A stretch of DNA of 63,596 bases, filler included. It is 8 parts of 8 records of this genome, joined end to end, with 100 filler letters (N's around TTAATTAATTAA, not from the genome) between each part and the next. Parts side by side here need not be neighbours in the genome. Positions count along the whole stretch, not along the records: positions 29,407 to 36,099 come from SRR31147125_2282; positions 36,200 to 41,629 come from SRR31147125_2301; positions 41,730 to 49,033 come from SRR31147125_2308; 5 more parts are not named here. The stretch is one strand, 5' to 3'. The notes beneath the pieces are model-generated. The model ran no database searches. It was not told the DNA's origin and saw only the letters and a list, made by a program, of their open reading frames with translations. Below, one piece after another: positions 32,092 through 41,749 of the stretch. Position numbers and translations under genes: made by a program. Each line of letters starts with the position of its first letter. Position 1 is the first letter of the stretch.

Positions 32092-33810
32092 TTATTTTAT
32101 TATAGCATAACCATATCCATCAAGCATATTTTCATCAAGCTTATCTTGGATTATAACGTTGCTTTTATTTGAGCAGAACTCAGAAATATCTTCAGATGAA
32201 TCTTTTGCATTCAGTATTATTGTTATACTTTGATTATTATATTCTCTAGCAAATACAAACAGCCCGCTATTTTTCCCAGCATGTATTGTTGTGAAGTCTC
32301 CCCTTCTAAGCGCTGTCTCTTCTTTTCGCAGATTAATTATCTGCTTAAAAAACTTTAATAGTTCTCCATCCTCTTTCCACTGCATAGGATGTCGGTATTC
32401 TTCCTCTGTTATTCCCATTATTCCTTGTTCATCGCCATAAAAAATGCATGGCATACCAATGAAGCACATTTGAAAGACTATTGCTAATTTATATCTTTCC
32501 ATATTTCCTTCACATAAGGATAAAAACCTGCTCACATCATGACTGTCTAAAATATTTAGCTGTGCATATAAAATATTATATTTGTATCGCATCATCATAT
32601 TAGTAACTCTTGAACTAAATTCAGATGCATCTATGGATTCTTCCGCAAAAAAACGTCGGCAATGTTTCCTGAAATCATAATTCATGGATGAATCAAACTG
32701 AGAGCCGTCCAGCCAGTATTGTGCAGTTTCCCATATCTCCCCTATTAATATGCATTCAGGGTTTATGGATTTTGCAGCCTTCCTAAATTCTCTCCAAAAT
32801 TCCGTATTCACTTCGCTGGCAACGTCTAGCCGCCATCCATCAATATTATATTCTCTGATCCAATGCTTACATACATCGCAAAAATATTCTATCACTTCTT
32901 TATTTGCAGTATTCAATTTAGGCATCATTCTCTCATATGCAAAACAATCATATGAAGGAATATCTTCCATATTATCAGGTCTTGCAACAGGAAAGTTTAA
33001 TTGATAAAACCAGTCAGCATATTTAGAATTCTCCTGGTTTTTAATAACATCATTAAAGGCAAAGAAATACCAGCCACTATGATTAAATACTCCATCAATT
33101 ACAACTTTAATTCCATTCTCATGGAACACTTCAACCATTTGTGCAAAATCATCATCAGTGCCAAAACAAGGGTCAATATGATAGTAGTCAATCAAATCAT
33201 ATTTGTGATATTCTCCTGCAGCAAAAAGTGGATTTATATAAATGCAGTTAATTCCCAACGCTTTAATATAATCTGCATTCTGAGTTATTCCCTTAATAGT
33301 GCCTCCGTTTTTGGATTTTATAATTTGATTATCATGCTTTTTTTCACACCCCACACCACTTGTATACCTTTTATCTGTTGCGAAGCTATCTGGAAAAATA
33401 TTATACATAATAGTATCCTTTGCCCACACAGGCGGATTTGCAATATCATTCCTGTGATTAAAAGGCAATTGATAATATTCTGACCTGTCATCCACTGTTT
33501 CTTTAGTGAAGAAATCACCGTAATATAAAATTTCTTCTTCTCCATCATCCAGCCTGAAGTAATAACATAATCTTTTATATTTGCTATCAAATATTACTTG
33601 ATAATAGTCAAAATATTCATCACTAGCTACTACCTTCATGTCAATCCCCGAAAATACAACTGGAGTTTGCATGCACGCTCTATCCCCATAAAACAATTGG
33701 CACGATTTTAAATTATTCTTTGCTGTTCTTAAACGAATAAGAACAGTTTTTTCGTCTATTCCATGTGCATATTCTGACATTGGTATGTGTAAAACTGATT
33801 GATAATCCAT
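32092..33810 (-). CDS. GH13 neopullulanase/cyclomaltodextrinase
   Basis: N-terminal domain, DGVFNH, GWRLDVASE, GEIW and DSHD catalytic motifs. Confidence 0.93.
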   Translation of the reverse strand: MDYQSVLHIPMSEYAHGIDEKTVLIRLRTAKNNLKSCQLFYGDRACMQTPVVFSGIDMKVVASDEYFDYYQVIFDSKYKRLCYYFRLDDGEEEILYYGDFFTKETVDDRSEYYQLPFNHRNDIANPPVWAKDTIMYNIFPDSFATDKRYTSGVGCEKKHDNQIIKSKNGGTIKGITQNADYIKALGINCIYINPLFAAGEYHKYDLIDYYHIDPCFGTDDDFAQMVEVFHENGIKVVIDGVFNHSGWYFFAFNDVIKNQENSKYADWFYQLNFPVARPDNMEDIPSYDCFAYERMMPKLNTANKEVIEYFCDVCKHWIREYNIDGWRLDVASEVNTEFWREFRKAAKSINPECILIGEIWETAQYWLDGSQFDSSMNYDFRKHCRRFFAEESIDASEFSSRVTNMMMRYKYNILYAQLNILDSHDVSRFLSLCEGNMERYKLAIVFQMCFIGMPCIFYGDEQGIMGITEEEYRHPMQWKEDGELLKFFKQIINLRKEETALRRGDFTTIHAGKNSGLFVFAREYNNQSITIILNAKDSSEDISEFCSNKSNVIIQDKLDENMLDGYGYAIIK

Positions 33811-33834
33811 TTAATTCTCCTAAAATTCCCCTCT

Positions 33835-34689
33835 TTACCCCTTTACCCCACCAACTGTGAGACCTGATGACATATGCTTCTGTACTATAAAAAATATTAT
33901 AAGTATAGGCAGTGATATAACTATAGATGCTGCTGCAAATACAGACCAGCTTCCCGTCATCTCAGTAGCCTGCAACGAATATAATCCAGCAGCTAAAGTA
34001 TAGTTTTCCGCCCCTGTCATAAAGGTTATTGCATAGATGTACTCATTCCAAACATAAATCAAAATCATTACAGCTGTAACAATTACCGACGGTTTTGCTA
34101 GCGGCAAAACTATCCTTGTAACAACCTGGAAATTATTTGCTCCCTCAATTTGAGCAGATTCTTCTATTGAAATAGGAATTGTGTCAAAGTATCCTTTCAT
34201 GTTCCATAATCCAAACACAGCCATAGTTCCTGTATAGATTAGTATCAATCCCATTTTTGTGTTTATTAATCCCATTGGGCTAATTAACTTATATATTGCA
34301 AACATCGAAAGTATTGCCGGGAAAGAATACAAAAGCAACAAAATATATAATATTGTTTTCCTTCCCTTAAATTCACTTCTTGAAAATGAATATGCTGCAG
34401 GAATAGAAACAGATAATGAAATTGCTATTGATGATACAGCCAATATCAAAGTGTTTTTAAACCAAAGCAAAACCGGTTCTTCAAAAAATACTTTCCTGTA
34501 GTTATCCAAAGTGAAGCTCTTGGGAATAAAAGAAAAATTAGAACCTAAGATACTATTCTGGGCATTGAATGATACCGACAATGCATACAAAACTGGGATT
34601 AGTGTTATAAAACATATTACTATAAAAAACACATTTAGCAGTCTGATACCAATCTTCTCCTTGTTATTTCTGTACATTACTCTTCTCAT
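33835..34689 (-). CDS. Maltodextrin ABC permease (MalG-like)
   Basis: EAA loop IEESAQIEGA; multiple TM segments. Confidence 0.9.
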   Translation of the reverse strand: MRRVMYRNNKEKIGIRLLNVFFIVICFITLIPVLYALSVSFNAQNSILGSNFSFIPKSFTLDNYRKVFFEEPVLLWFKNTLILAVSSIAISLSVSIPAAYSFSRSEFKGRKTILYILLLLYSFPAILSMFAIYKLISPMGLINTKMGLILIYTGTMAVFGLWNMKGYFDTIPISIEESAQIEGANNFQVVTRIVLPLAKPSVIVTAVMILIYVWNEYIYAITFMTGAENYTLAAGLYSLQATEMTGSWSVFAAASIVISLPILIIFFIVQKHMSSGLTVGGVKG

Positions 34690-35603
34690 CTGTTTCCCTC
34701 CTTAAGTTGAAATCTTGTAACCAGGGAAAACAATATCAGCATAGCGAATATAATTATTGAAATTGCGGAGCTGTAACCATAGTTATTTGTGATAAATGCA
34801 TTTTCATATGCGTATGTCAGCACTGTATGTATGTCAGCGCCTGTCTTTGCACCAGCTTGCTGGGTTAATAAATATATTACGTCAAACTGCTTAAATGTCG
34901 TAAACAAAGTTATAATTACTGCAGGAATTATTACTGGCTTTATGTTAGGTATAGTTATGTATAATGTGGATTGCAGCCAATTTGCACCATCCAGCTTAGC
35001 ACTTTCATAATAACTTCTGTCAATGCTCTGCAATGCCCCATCCATTATCATTATCATAAATGGCAATGCAAGCCATAGGTTTACTACCAAACAGCTAATA
35101 AATGCACTTATATCATTGCTCAACCAATTATGCGCTTCAATTCCTATCTTAGAAAGCCATTGGTTAAGTAACCCAAACTGTGAATTAAATATACCTGTTT
35201 TCCACAGTAATATGGAAACATATCCAGGAATCGCCCACGGAAACATCAAAACTGTTTTATATAGTCTGCGAAATCTTAGCTGTTTGATATTCAAAAGAAT
35301 AGCCAGTAAAAAAGCTATTACAAGCTGAAAAACCATGGTTATTACTGTCCATAAAATAGTGAGTAAAACAGATGACATAAAACCTGAGTCAAACACAAAC
35401 AAAGCATTTTTATAGTTTCCAAATCCTATAATCTCAAAATCAAACCAATGATAAATATTCATGTTTGTCAATGAAATATAAAATGTATATAGAATTGGGA
35501 ATACAACAATCAACCCAATCAACAGCAATGACGATTATGAATATACATAAGGCATCAGATTCGGTCTTATTTTTTGCTTAGCATTTCTTGAGTTAATCCT
35601 CAT
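34686..35603 (-). CDS. Maltodextrin ABC permease (MalF-like) with in-frame TAA at 35535-35537
   Basis: YESAKLDGA EAA loop. ATG 35603 with AGGAG RBS reads MRINSRNAKQKIRPNLMPYVYS*SSLLLIG in the same frame. Confidence 0.82.
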
Positions 35604-35641
35604 ATCCTACTCCTATATATCCTTAAAGTTTTTTCAATCAT

Positions 35642-36099
35642 TTATTTCATCGCTTCAATTAAATCTAATGCTTCTTCCTGCGCATTATTTGCACTTTCTT
35701 CAACAGATTCATTACTCATGTTAATATCAACCAGCAAATTGCCTGTCACAGTCCACATTACATCCATTTCAGGAATGTTAGGCATAGCCACAGAGCTTTC
35801 TGCCATTTCTCTCATAACCATAACAATGTCATCCTCTGCTACACTTTCATCAAGGTAACACTCATCCAATGCAGGTGCACATCCACTTGCTTCAGCTAAT
35901 GATATTCCAATATCTTTGTTTGTAAGTAACTCCAAAACCTTTGTTATCTCTTCCTTTTTAGTCTCTTGGGCTACTTTTAGAACATGTAACCCTTGAACTC
36001 CTGCATAAGGAGCTAATGGCATTCCTGTTTCATCAACTATTGGCATAACTGACACACCTAAATCAATCCCTGCTTCCCTTGCACTAGTTACCATCCAAG
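35642..36099 (-). CDS. Maltose/maltodextrin-binding protein, C-terminal part
   Basis: MPNIPEM..MW motif; upstream of the permeases; cut by the contig end. Confidence 0.85.
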
Positions 36100-36257
36100 N
36101 NNNNNNNNNNNNNNNNNNNNNNNNNNNNNNNNNNNNNNNNNNNTTAATTAATTAANNNNNNNNNNNNNNNNNNNNNNNNNNNNNNNNNNNNNNNNNNNNA
36201 AAAAGGATGAATTGATCACGAAATCCTTAAAAGAAATGGAAAAACTGGAGAGAAAAA

Positions 36258-36569
36258 ATGATGAAAAAATTGAATAGATTACAGGAAACAGTCAAGCAGA
36301 CTGCGATCGGTGGCCTGGCTGGATTTATTGTTGAACGAGGATTAGAATCTGCCACAGGTATTGATTTTGTGAACGGTGTAATCGAAGCTGTTGGAGCCAC
36401 GTTGGGTGCGGTTCATGCAAATCGTGACTTGATTCAACTGGCCTACGATAGTGCGGTGCAGGTCACCGGAAAAGAACCCAAAGATCTAACAAATGAAGAA
36501 TGGGATCTGGTCAGGCAAAAATATCCTAAAGCTGTCGAATACCTGGAACGGGCTCTTTTAATTAATTAA
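36258..36569 (+). CDS. Hypothetical protein with Gly/Ala-rich hydrophobic helices
   Basis: Tightly packed + strand ORF; TAIGGLAG and AVGATLGAV segments. Confidence 0.6.
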   Translation: MMKKLNRLQETVKQTAIGGLAGFIVERGLESATGIDFVNGVIEAVGATLGAVHANRDLIQLAYDSAVQVTGKEPKDLTNEEWDLVRQKYPKAVEYLERALLIN

Positions 36570-36583
36570 AAAGGTTCTCAAAA

Positions 36584-37249
36584 GTGACGATATTTCATGC
36601 CTCAACAATTGCTTTTCTTGCAGCGAGCAAGGTTGGCTTTAAAATCGCTGAAAGTAAAAAATGGCTGCCAAAATTTGTTTACCACAAACGTGCTATGGAT
36701 TATTTAAAGAGTGGTAATCTTGAAAAAGCACGTCATTATAATAGCATAGCACTGGAGAAAAATGCTCATTTCGACAGGGCGCTTGTCGTTCGTGATCTCA
36801 TCCACATGAACCTGGATGCAAAAGCAGATGCGCTCCGAAAAAAAATAAAAGAGGAAAAGGAGCATATAGTCAGTTTAAAAAAACGTCAACAGCGTCATAA
36901 AGCTCATTTGCGATTGGCTCATAATAAAGTTAAATGGCAAAAGGGGGCAGGTTTATTGCTATTTGTTCCTTTTGTTGCAGGATTATTTAGTTTGTCCCGT
37001 TTTCAGGAGGATATAATAGTGTTATTGTGTGGTTTGCTGGTGACTTTAGGCTTGTTGTTGTATTTTTATAACCGAATGTTTTTATACAAAAAACAAGTTG
37101 AGAATGAAGTGGTTCTTCAAGAAATTGAAGCATCTTTACAGTCGCTTTCGTTTGAAATTTCTTCCCGATCAAAATCATTAGAAAAATCAACTCATCTTTT
37201 AAACGAACTTTTAAAATTGCGCACTGATTATCGGTTGAGCACCTCATGA
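36584..37249 (+). CDS. Hypothetical membrane protein (TPR-like helix, coiled coil, 2 TM)
   Basis: AMDYLKSGNLEKARHY..ALEKN TPR-like segment and two hydrophobic segments. Confidence 0.6.
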   Translation: MTIFHASTIAFLAASKVGFKIAESKKWLPKFVYHKRAMDYLKSGNLEKARHYNSIALEKNAHFDRALVVRDLIHMNLDAKADALRKKIKEEKEHIVSLKKRQQRHKAHLRLAHNKVKWQKGAGLLLFVPFVAGLFSLSRFQEDIIVLLCGLLVTLGLLLYFYNRMFLYKKQVENEVVLQEIEASLQSLSFEISSRSKSLEKSTHLLNELLKLRTDYRLSTS

Positions 37250-37710
37250 AATCACTTATGACGTTTAAAATTAGCTGGATCTTTTATTTAATTATTGTTG
37301 TTTTGGGCTTTATGCTCGTACTACATCAAAGGGAGTTTAAAGAAACAGATACATTTGCACCTGATATCGAAGCAGGCGATGAATCAGTTGAAAGGCAATT
37401 GCAAAGTGCTGTGATTTGCCTGGACATTGAAGATGAAAAGCCACTCCTGGCTAAATCCAAGTTTAGCAGTAAGGTTGATTATCTGTACTGTTTTAATAAA
37501 TTTGATGCTGAGATTAAATCGGATTCTATTTTTCATCGTTGGGTTTATAAGGATCGAATTATTGCCCTGGAAGAATTGAGTCTATCATCTGATTCCATAT
37601 GCGCCTGGAGCCGCCTGGATATATTGCCGGATCTTGCTGGAAAATGGCACGTCGATATTATGACAAAAAGGGGTATCGAATTAGGATCCGTTGATTTTAG
37701 ATTATACTAA
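37246..37710 (+). CDS. DUF2914-like membrane-anchored protein
   Basis: AVIC.DIED..P, LYCF, I.HRW.Y, WSR..I.P..AGKWHVDI pattern. Confidence 0.7.
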   Translation: MKSLMTFKISWIFYLIIVVLGFMLVLHQREFKETDTFAPDIEAGDESVERQLQSAVICLDIEDEKPLLAKSKFSSKVDYLYCFNKFDAEIKSDSIFHRWVYKDRIIALEELSLSSDSICAWSRLDILPDLAGKWHVDIMTKRGIELGSVDFRLY

Positions 37711-37725
37711 ACTTTTGAGGATAGC

Positions 37726-37941
37726 TTGAAGAAAAAAGAAAATTACGGCGAGAGATTAGCCGATTCAGGGAAAAAAGGGGGAATTGCCATTATATTGCTT
37801 ATATTTGGTGCACTTGGATTGATCCTGCCAGTTATTCCCGGACTTGTTTTTATTGCTTTGGGTTGTCTTTTTTTATTTCCCAAGTCCAGCGAAAAATTTC
37901 TGATGTGGATAGGTTGGAATGAGAAAAAGAATGTTGATTAG
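37726..37941 (+). CDS. Small membrane protein (PGPGW/DUF454-like)
   Basis: GALGLILPVIPGLVFIALG hydrophobic hairpin. Confidence 0.6.
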   Translation: MKKKENYGERLADSGKKGGIAIILLIFGALGLILPVIPGLVFIALGCLFLFPKSSEKFLMWIGWNEKKNVD

Positions 37942-37984
37942 AAAATTTGTATAATTGACAGGTGAATTTGAATGAGACTTTTTA

Positions 37985-38012
37985 TGTAACTTTTTAGACT
38001 CTTATGAATCTA
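37985..38012 (+). promoter_or_regulatory. Putative ECF sigma promoter
   Basis: TGTAAC-N16-AATCTA; the same geometry occurs upstream of degP. Confidence 0.5.
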
Positions 38013-38065
38013 ATTATAAGGAATAGTTATTGAATAATACGGATATTATTTAAGGGAGATATATT

Positions 38066-38746
38066 ATGTTTTTTTTGAGTCCAGTGGACATTATATTGCT
38101 TTTACCAGCATTAATTTTGACACTCTATGCTCAGGCCAAAGTGAAAAGAGCCTTTTCGCAAATGAGTAAGGTTCGGTCTGCATCCGGTTTGACTGGGGCT
38201 GGTGTAGCAAAAAGCTTGTTGCAGAGAAATGGAATTAATGATGTTGAGGTGGAAGAAGTTGCCGGAAATTTGACAGATCATTATGATCCTGTCAATAAAA
38301 AGTTGCGACTTTCAAGACCGGTATACAGCTCCAATTCCCTTGCAGCAATCGGGGTGGCCGCACATGAAACCGGTCATGCCATTCAGCACAAGCTTGCTTA
38401 CGCGCCACTAAAAATCAGGCAGAGCATTTTCCCGGTGGCGAATTTAGGCTCATCTCTTGGCATACCCATGTTCATTGCTGGCCTGTTTCTGGGAATAGAG
38501 CCATTGCAAACAATTGGTATTTATGTGTTTGCCGGAGCTGTTCTTTTTCACCTGGTGACCTTGCCAGTGGAATTTAACGCCAGCAGCCGGGCGATGGCAC
38601 AATTGAGTTCAGGTGGCTATCTGCGTGCGGATGAAATTAGTGGCGCTAAAAAAGTATTGAACGCCGCTGCTATGACCTATGTCGCTGCTGCAGCCATGGC
38701 AGTATTGAATTTAATACGATTGTTGCTCATACGCGGAAATGACTAG
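38066..38746 (+). CDS. Neutral zinc metallopeptidase (YugP/Zn_peptidase_2 family)
   Basis: LTDHYDP, VAAHETGHAIQH, TLPVEFNASSRA and AAAMTYVAAA motifs. Confidence 0.93.
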   Translation: MFFLSPVDIILLLPALILTLYAQAKVKRAFSQMSKVRSASGLTGAGVAKSLLQRNGINDVEVEEVAGNLTDHYDPVNKKLRLSRPVYSSNSLAAIGVAAHETGHAIQHKLAYAPLKIRQSIFPVANLGSSLGIPMFIAGLFLGIEPLQTIGIYVFAGAVLFHLVTLPVEFNASSRAMAQLSSGGYLRADEISGAKKVLNAAAMTYVAAAAMAVLNLIRLLLIRGND

Positions 38747-38802
38747 TTTGTGCACTTTTGTTTGACAGATGAATAACAAAGGTTCATGTTGGGGACGCTT
38801 TT

Positions 38803-38838
38803 ATATGTCAGAGGCGATATGCTCCGCCTCTGACATAT
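38803..38838. repeat. 14-bp perfect inverted repeat (terminator or REP-like)
   Basis: ATATGTCAGAGGCG-atatgctc-CGCCTCTGACATAT. Confidence 0.7.
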
Positions 38839-39022
38839 TCCATTCTTGAAAACGTCATAGGTTTTTCCAGTTAAAATTTCCTTCCATGGCAAATTCGTTC
38901 TTACTAAATATGTCAAAATGGCATACGAGGGCTTGTGATTTGGCCGGAAACTAGCCCGGTTTATTGTAGGGGCATTCATCTAAATATAATGAAATTAAGT
39001 TCTTGTAAAGTATTTGATTGCA

Positions 39023-39038
39023 TGGCATAACATTTGCA
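39023..39038 (+). promoter_or_regulatory. Putative sigma54 (-24/-12) promoter upstream of grpE
   Basis: TGGCATAACATTTGCA fits TGGCAC-N5-TTGCW spacing exactly. Confidence 0.55.
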
Positions 39039-39201
39039 AGTTAATTATATTAATCTTTTGCGATTGTCCTGTCTTATGAGATAATGTTAAAAGATGCAGA
39101 CAGGTATTACAAGTGGGCAACAGGTTATTAGATATAATTGCTAAATAAAAGGTAAACAGGAATCCCAAAGGATCTGGATTCAGAAAGGGAGAACCCGTCA
39201 C

Positions 39202-39729
39202 ATGGGAAATGAGAATAAAATAGAAGAAAATGTAGAAAACCAAATGGAAAATCAAGTCAACGAAAAAGAAGAGGAAGAAAAAGACATTCAAACGGAAGAG
39301 GTTGATTATATCGATAAATTGCAACGGCTACAGGCCGAATTTGTTAATTTCAAAAAGCGTACAAAGCAACAGCAAAGTGATTATTATGACCTGGCAACAG
39401 GAAATGTGTTATTAAATTTGCTGCCAGTACTGGACGATTTTGAGCACTATTTCTCTCATCATAATGGAGAGTGCCAGGAAGAGACGGCAGATGGATTTAA
39501 CTTGATTTATGAAAAGTTTACCAAAATTTTAAATGATATCGGACTCGAAACAATTCAGGCTGAAAAGAGTTCATTTGATCCCATGATTCATGAGGCCATA
39601 AAGGTAGATGATGCTGAAAAAGAGTTTGATGGTAAGGTGTTGCAAGTTTGGCAAAAAGGTTTTACCTTTAAAGGGAAGCTACTTCGCCCCGCAAAGGTCA
39701 TTGTTGGTGCATATAAAGAGGAAGAATGA
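39202..39729 (+). CDS. grpE: Nucleotide exchange factor GrpE
   Basis: RLQAEFVNFKKR, LLPVLDDF, FDPMIHEA and GF....LLRPAKV.V motifs. Confidence 0.95.
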   Translation: MGNENKIEENVENQMENQVNEKEEEEKDIQTEEVDYIDKLQRLQAEFVNFKKRTKQQQSDYYDLATGNVLLNLLPVLDDFEHYFSHHNGECQEETADGFNLIYEKFTKILNDIGLETIQAEKSSFDPMIHEAIKVDDAEKEFDGKVLQVWQKGFTFKGKLLRPAKVIVGAYKEEE

Positions 39730-39737
39730 AAAAGTAG

Positions 39738-40763
39738 ATGAAGGTGCCGGAATATTACAAAATTTTGGGTGTATCAGAGAAGGCGTCGGCCGCAGAAATA
39801 AAAAAAGCATATCACAAGCTGGCCAAACAGTATCACCCGGATGCGAATCCAAACAATAAGAACGCAGAAGAACGCTTTAAAAGCATTTCCGAAGCGTATG
39901 CGGTATTGGGTGATACCAAGAAAAGGGCAGAGTTTGACAGAATGAGAAAGTATGGCGGATTTGCTTCGGCTGGATCTACTGGTTCCTCACAATATAATAA
40001 TATAAATTTTGAAGATCTCAGCTCTATATTTGGTGGAGCCGGAGACCGGTCTCGCTCTTATGGACGAGCCAATTCCAGTGGTTTTCATTTTTCTGATTTT
40101 TTTAACAGTTTTTTTGCTGGTGAAGAACCAGCATCGAATATGGCGCGCGAAGTATCAAAAGGTAAGGATATAAATGCTGAAATTAAGGTGCCGTTTGATG
40201 TCGCTTTGAATGGTGGGCAGCAAATCGTAACCATAAAGAGTCATGTCACCTGCCCTCATTGTGGAGGAAAGGGGCGTGGAAATCTATTATCCGGTTGTTC
40301 CCGGTGTGGTGGAACCGGACGGCAGATAAAATCGAAAAAGCTGTCCGTCAAGGTTCCGGCTGGTTCGGATGATGGTAAAAAAATAAAATTAAAAGGACAG
40401 GGAGAGCCAGGCACGAGAGGGTCTGCTGCGGGTGATCTTTTATTAACATTACGAGTTGGAACGCACCCTGATTTTGAGCGTAAAGGAGCAGATATTTACA
40501 GTACAGTAACTATTAATATTGTTCAGGCTATTTTAGGCAGCAAGATCCGGGTTAAAAAGATCGATGGCGGTGTTGTACAAGTGAATATAGCTCCCGGAAC
40601 CCAGAATGGAAAATTGTTGAAATTAAAAGGCCTTGGAATTCTGTTAAATGGACACAAAGGTGATCACTATGCCAAAATTAACGTGGACATACCTGCCAAC
40701 TTGAGCCAGAAAAGTAAAAATTTATTGAAAAAGTTTGCAGAAGAGTCAGGAATTTCCTATTAA
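39738..40763 (+). CDS. dnaJ: DnaJ-family co-chaperone with reduced zinc-finger region
   Basis: J domain with HPD, G/F region, only two CxxCxGxG motifs, and C-terminal domain. Confidence 0.88.
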   Translation: MKVPEYYKILGVSEKASAAEIKKAYHKLAKQYHPDANPNNKNAEERFKSISEAYAVLGDTKKRAEFDRMRKYGGFASAGSTGSSQYNNINFEDLSSIFGGAGDRSRSYGRANSSGFHFSDFFNSFFAGEEPASNMAREVSKGKDINAEIKVPFDVALNGGQQIVTIKSHVTCPHCGGKGRGNLLSGCSRCGGTGRQIKSKKLSVKVPAGSDDGKKIKLKGQGEPGTRGSAAGDLLLTLRVGTHPDFERKGADIYSTVTINIVQAILGSKIRVKKIDGGVVQVNIAPGTQNGKLLKLKGLGILLNGHKGDHYAKINVDIPANLSQKSKNLLKKFAEESGISY

Positions 40764-40826
40764 TGTAGTGCTGTTCCATTTAAAGGGAAAGAATGTTATT
40801 TAATTGAGGATCTGTTGAACAAGTTG

Positions 40827-40854
40827 TGTAACGATTTCGTGGAATATGCGTCTT
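40827..40854 (+). promoter_or_regulatory. Putative ECF sigma promoter upstream of degP
   Basis: TGTAAC-N16-CGTCTT. Confidence 0.55.
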
Positions 40855-40950
40855 AGGATTATAACAGACAGTAAATCACGAAATCAGTCCTCATAATTCA
40901 AAAGGATGATTGAAAATCAATTTTCACATAATTTTTCAGAAAGGACTATC

Positions 40951-41629
40951 ATGAAGTCAAGAACATATTCTCTGGTAGTTGTAATGGCGATTTTTGTAGG
41001 TATACTTGGGGGGCTTATATTAGGATCTAATTTTGACTGGACCAAAAGCAGTGAAGCTGCCGGGACAGAAAATGGTAAATTACCAATCACATTAGGTTCG
41101 GTAGAGCCTGTATCTCAGGAACTGCTTAGCTTGCAGGCAACCAGCAAGGCGTTTGTACAGGTTGCCAAAGAGGTGAGCCCGGCAGTGGTAACGATAAACA
41201 GTTTAAAAATGGTTGAACGTCAGTCCTGGCATCCGTTTATGAATGATGAGTTTTTTCGTCGTTTTTTCCGGTCACCAGAGTCACCGGAAAGTAAGCAGGA
41301 ATTAAGAGGTTTGGGTTCCGGAGTTATCGTAAACCAGGATGGATATATCCTTACCAATAATCATGTCATCGAAGATGCGGACGAAATAACAGTTTCCTTT
41401 GAGAAAGAAGAATATGATGCAACAATAATCGGCAGGGATCCGGCCAGTGATCTTGCTGTGATCAAGATTGAGAAGGATGATCTTCCTACAGTAAAGTTAG
41501 GTAATTCAGAGGATTTAGAGGTTGGTGAATGGGTTCTGGCTATAGGTAATCCCTTTTCAAATATTTTACAGAAAACAGTGACTGCCGGTATTGTGAGTGC
41601 TAAAGGCCGCAGGCTTAATGAACTAGGTG
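40951..41629 (+). CDS. degP: Do/DegP (HtrA) serine protease, 3' partial
   Basis: GLGSGVIV, TNNHV, DLAVIKI and AIGNPF...TVTAGIVSA motifs. Start assigned to the ATG after the AAGGA RBS. Confidence 0.9.
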
Positions 41630-41749
41630 NNNNNNNNNNNNNNNNNNNNNNNNNNNNNNNNNNNNNNNNNNNNTTAATTAATTAANNNNNNNNNNNNNNN
41701 NNNNNNNNNNNNNNNNNNNNNNNNNNNNNATGTATTTTTTAATTTAAAA

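Noticed and set aside
38743-39324. Minus-strand ORFs 38743-38979 and 38995-39324
   Set aside because: They have no recognisable domains and overlap a hairpin, the putative promoter region and grpE.
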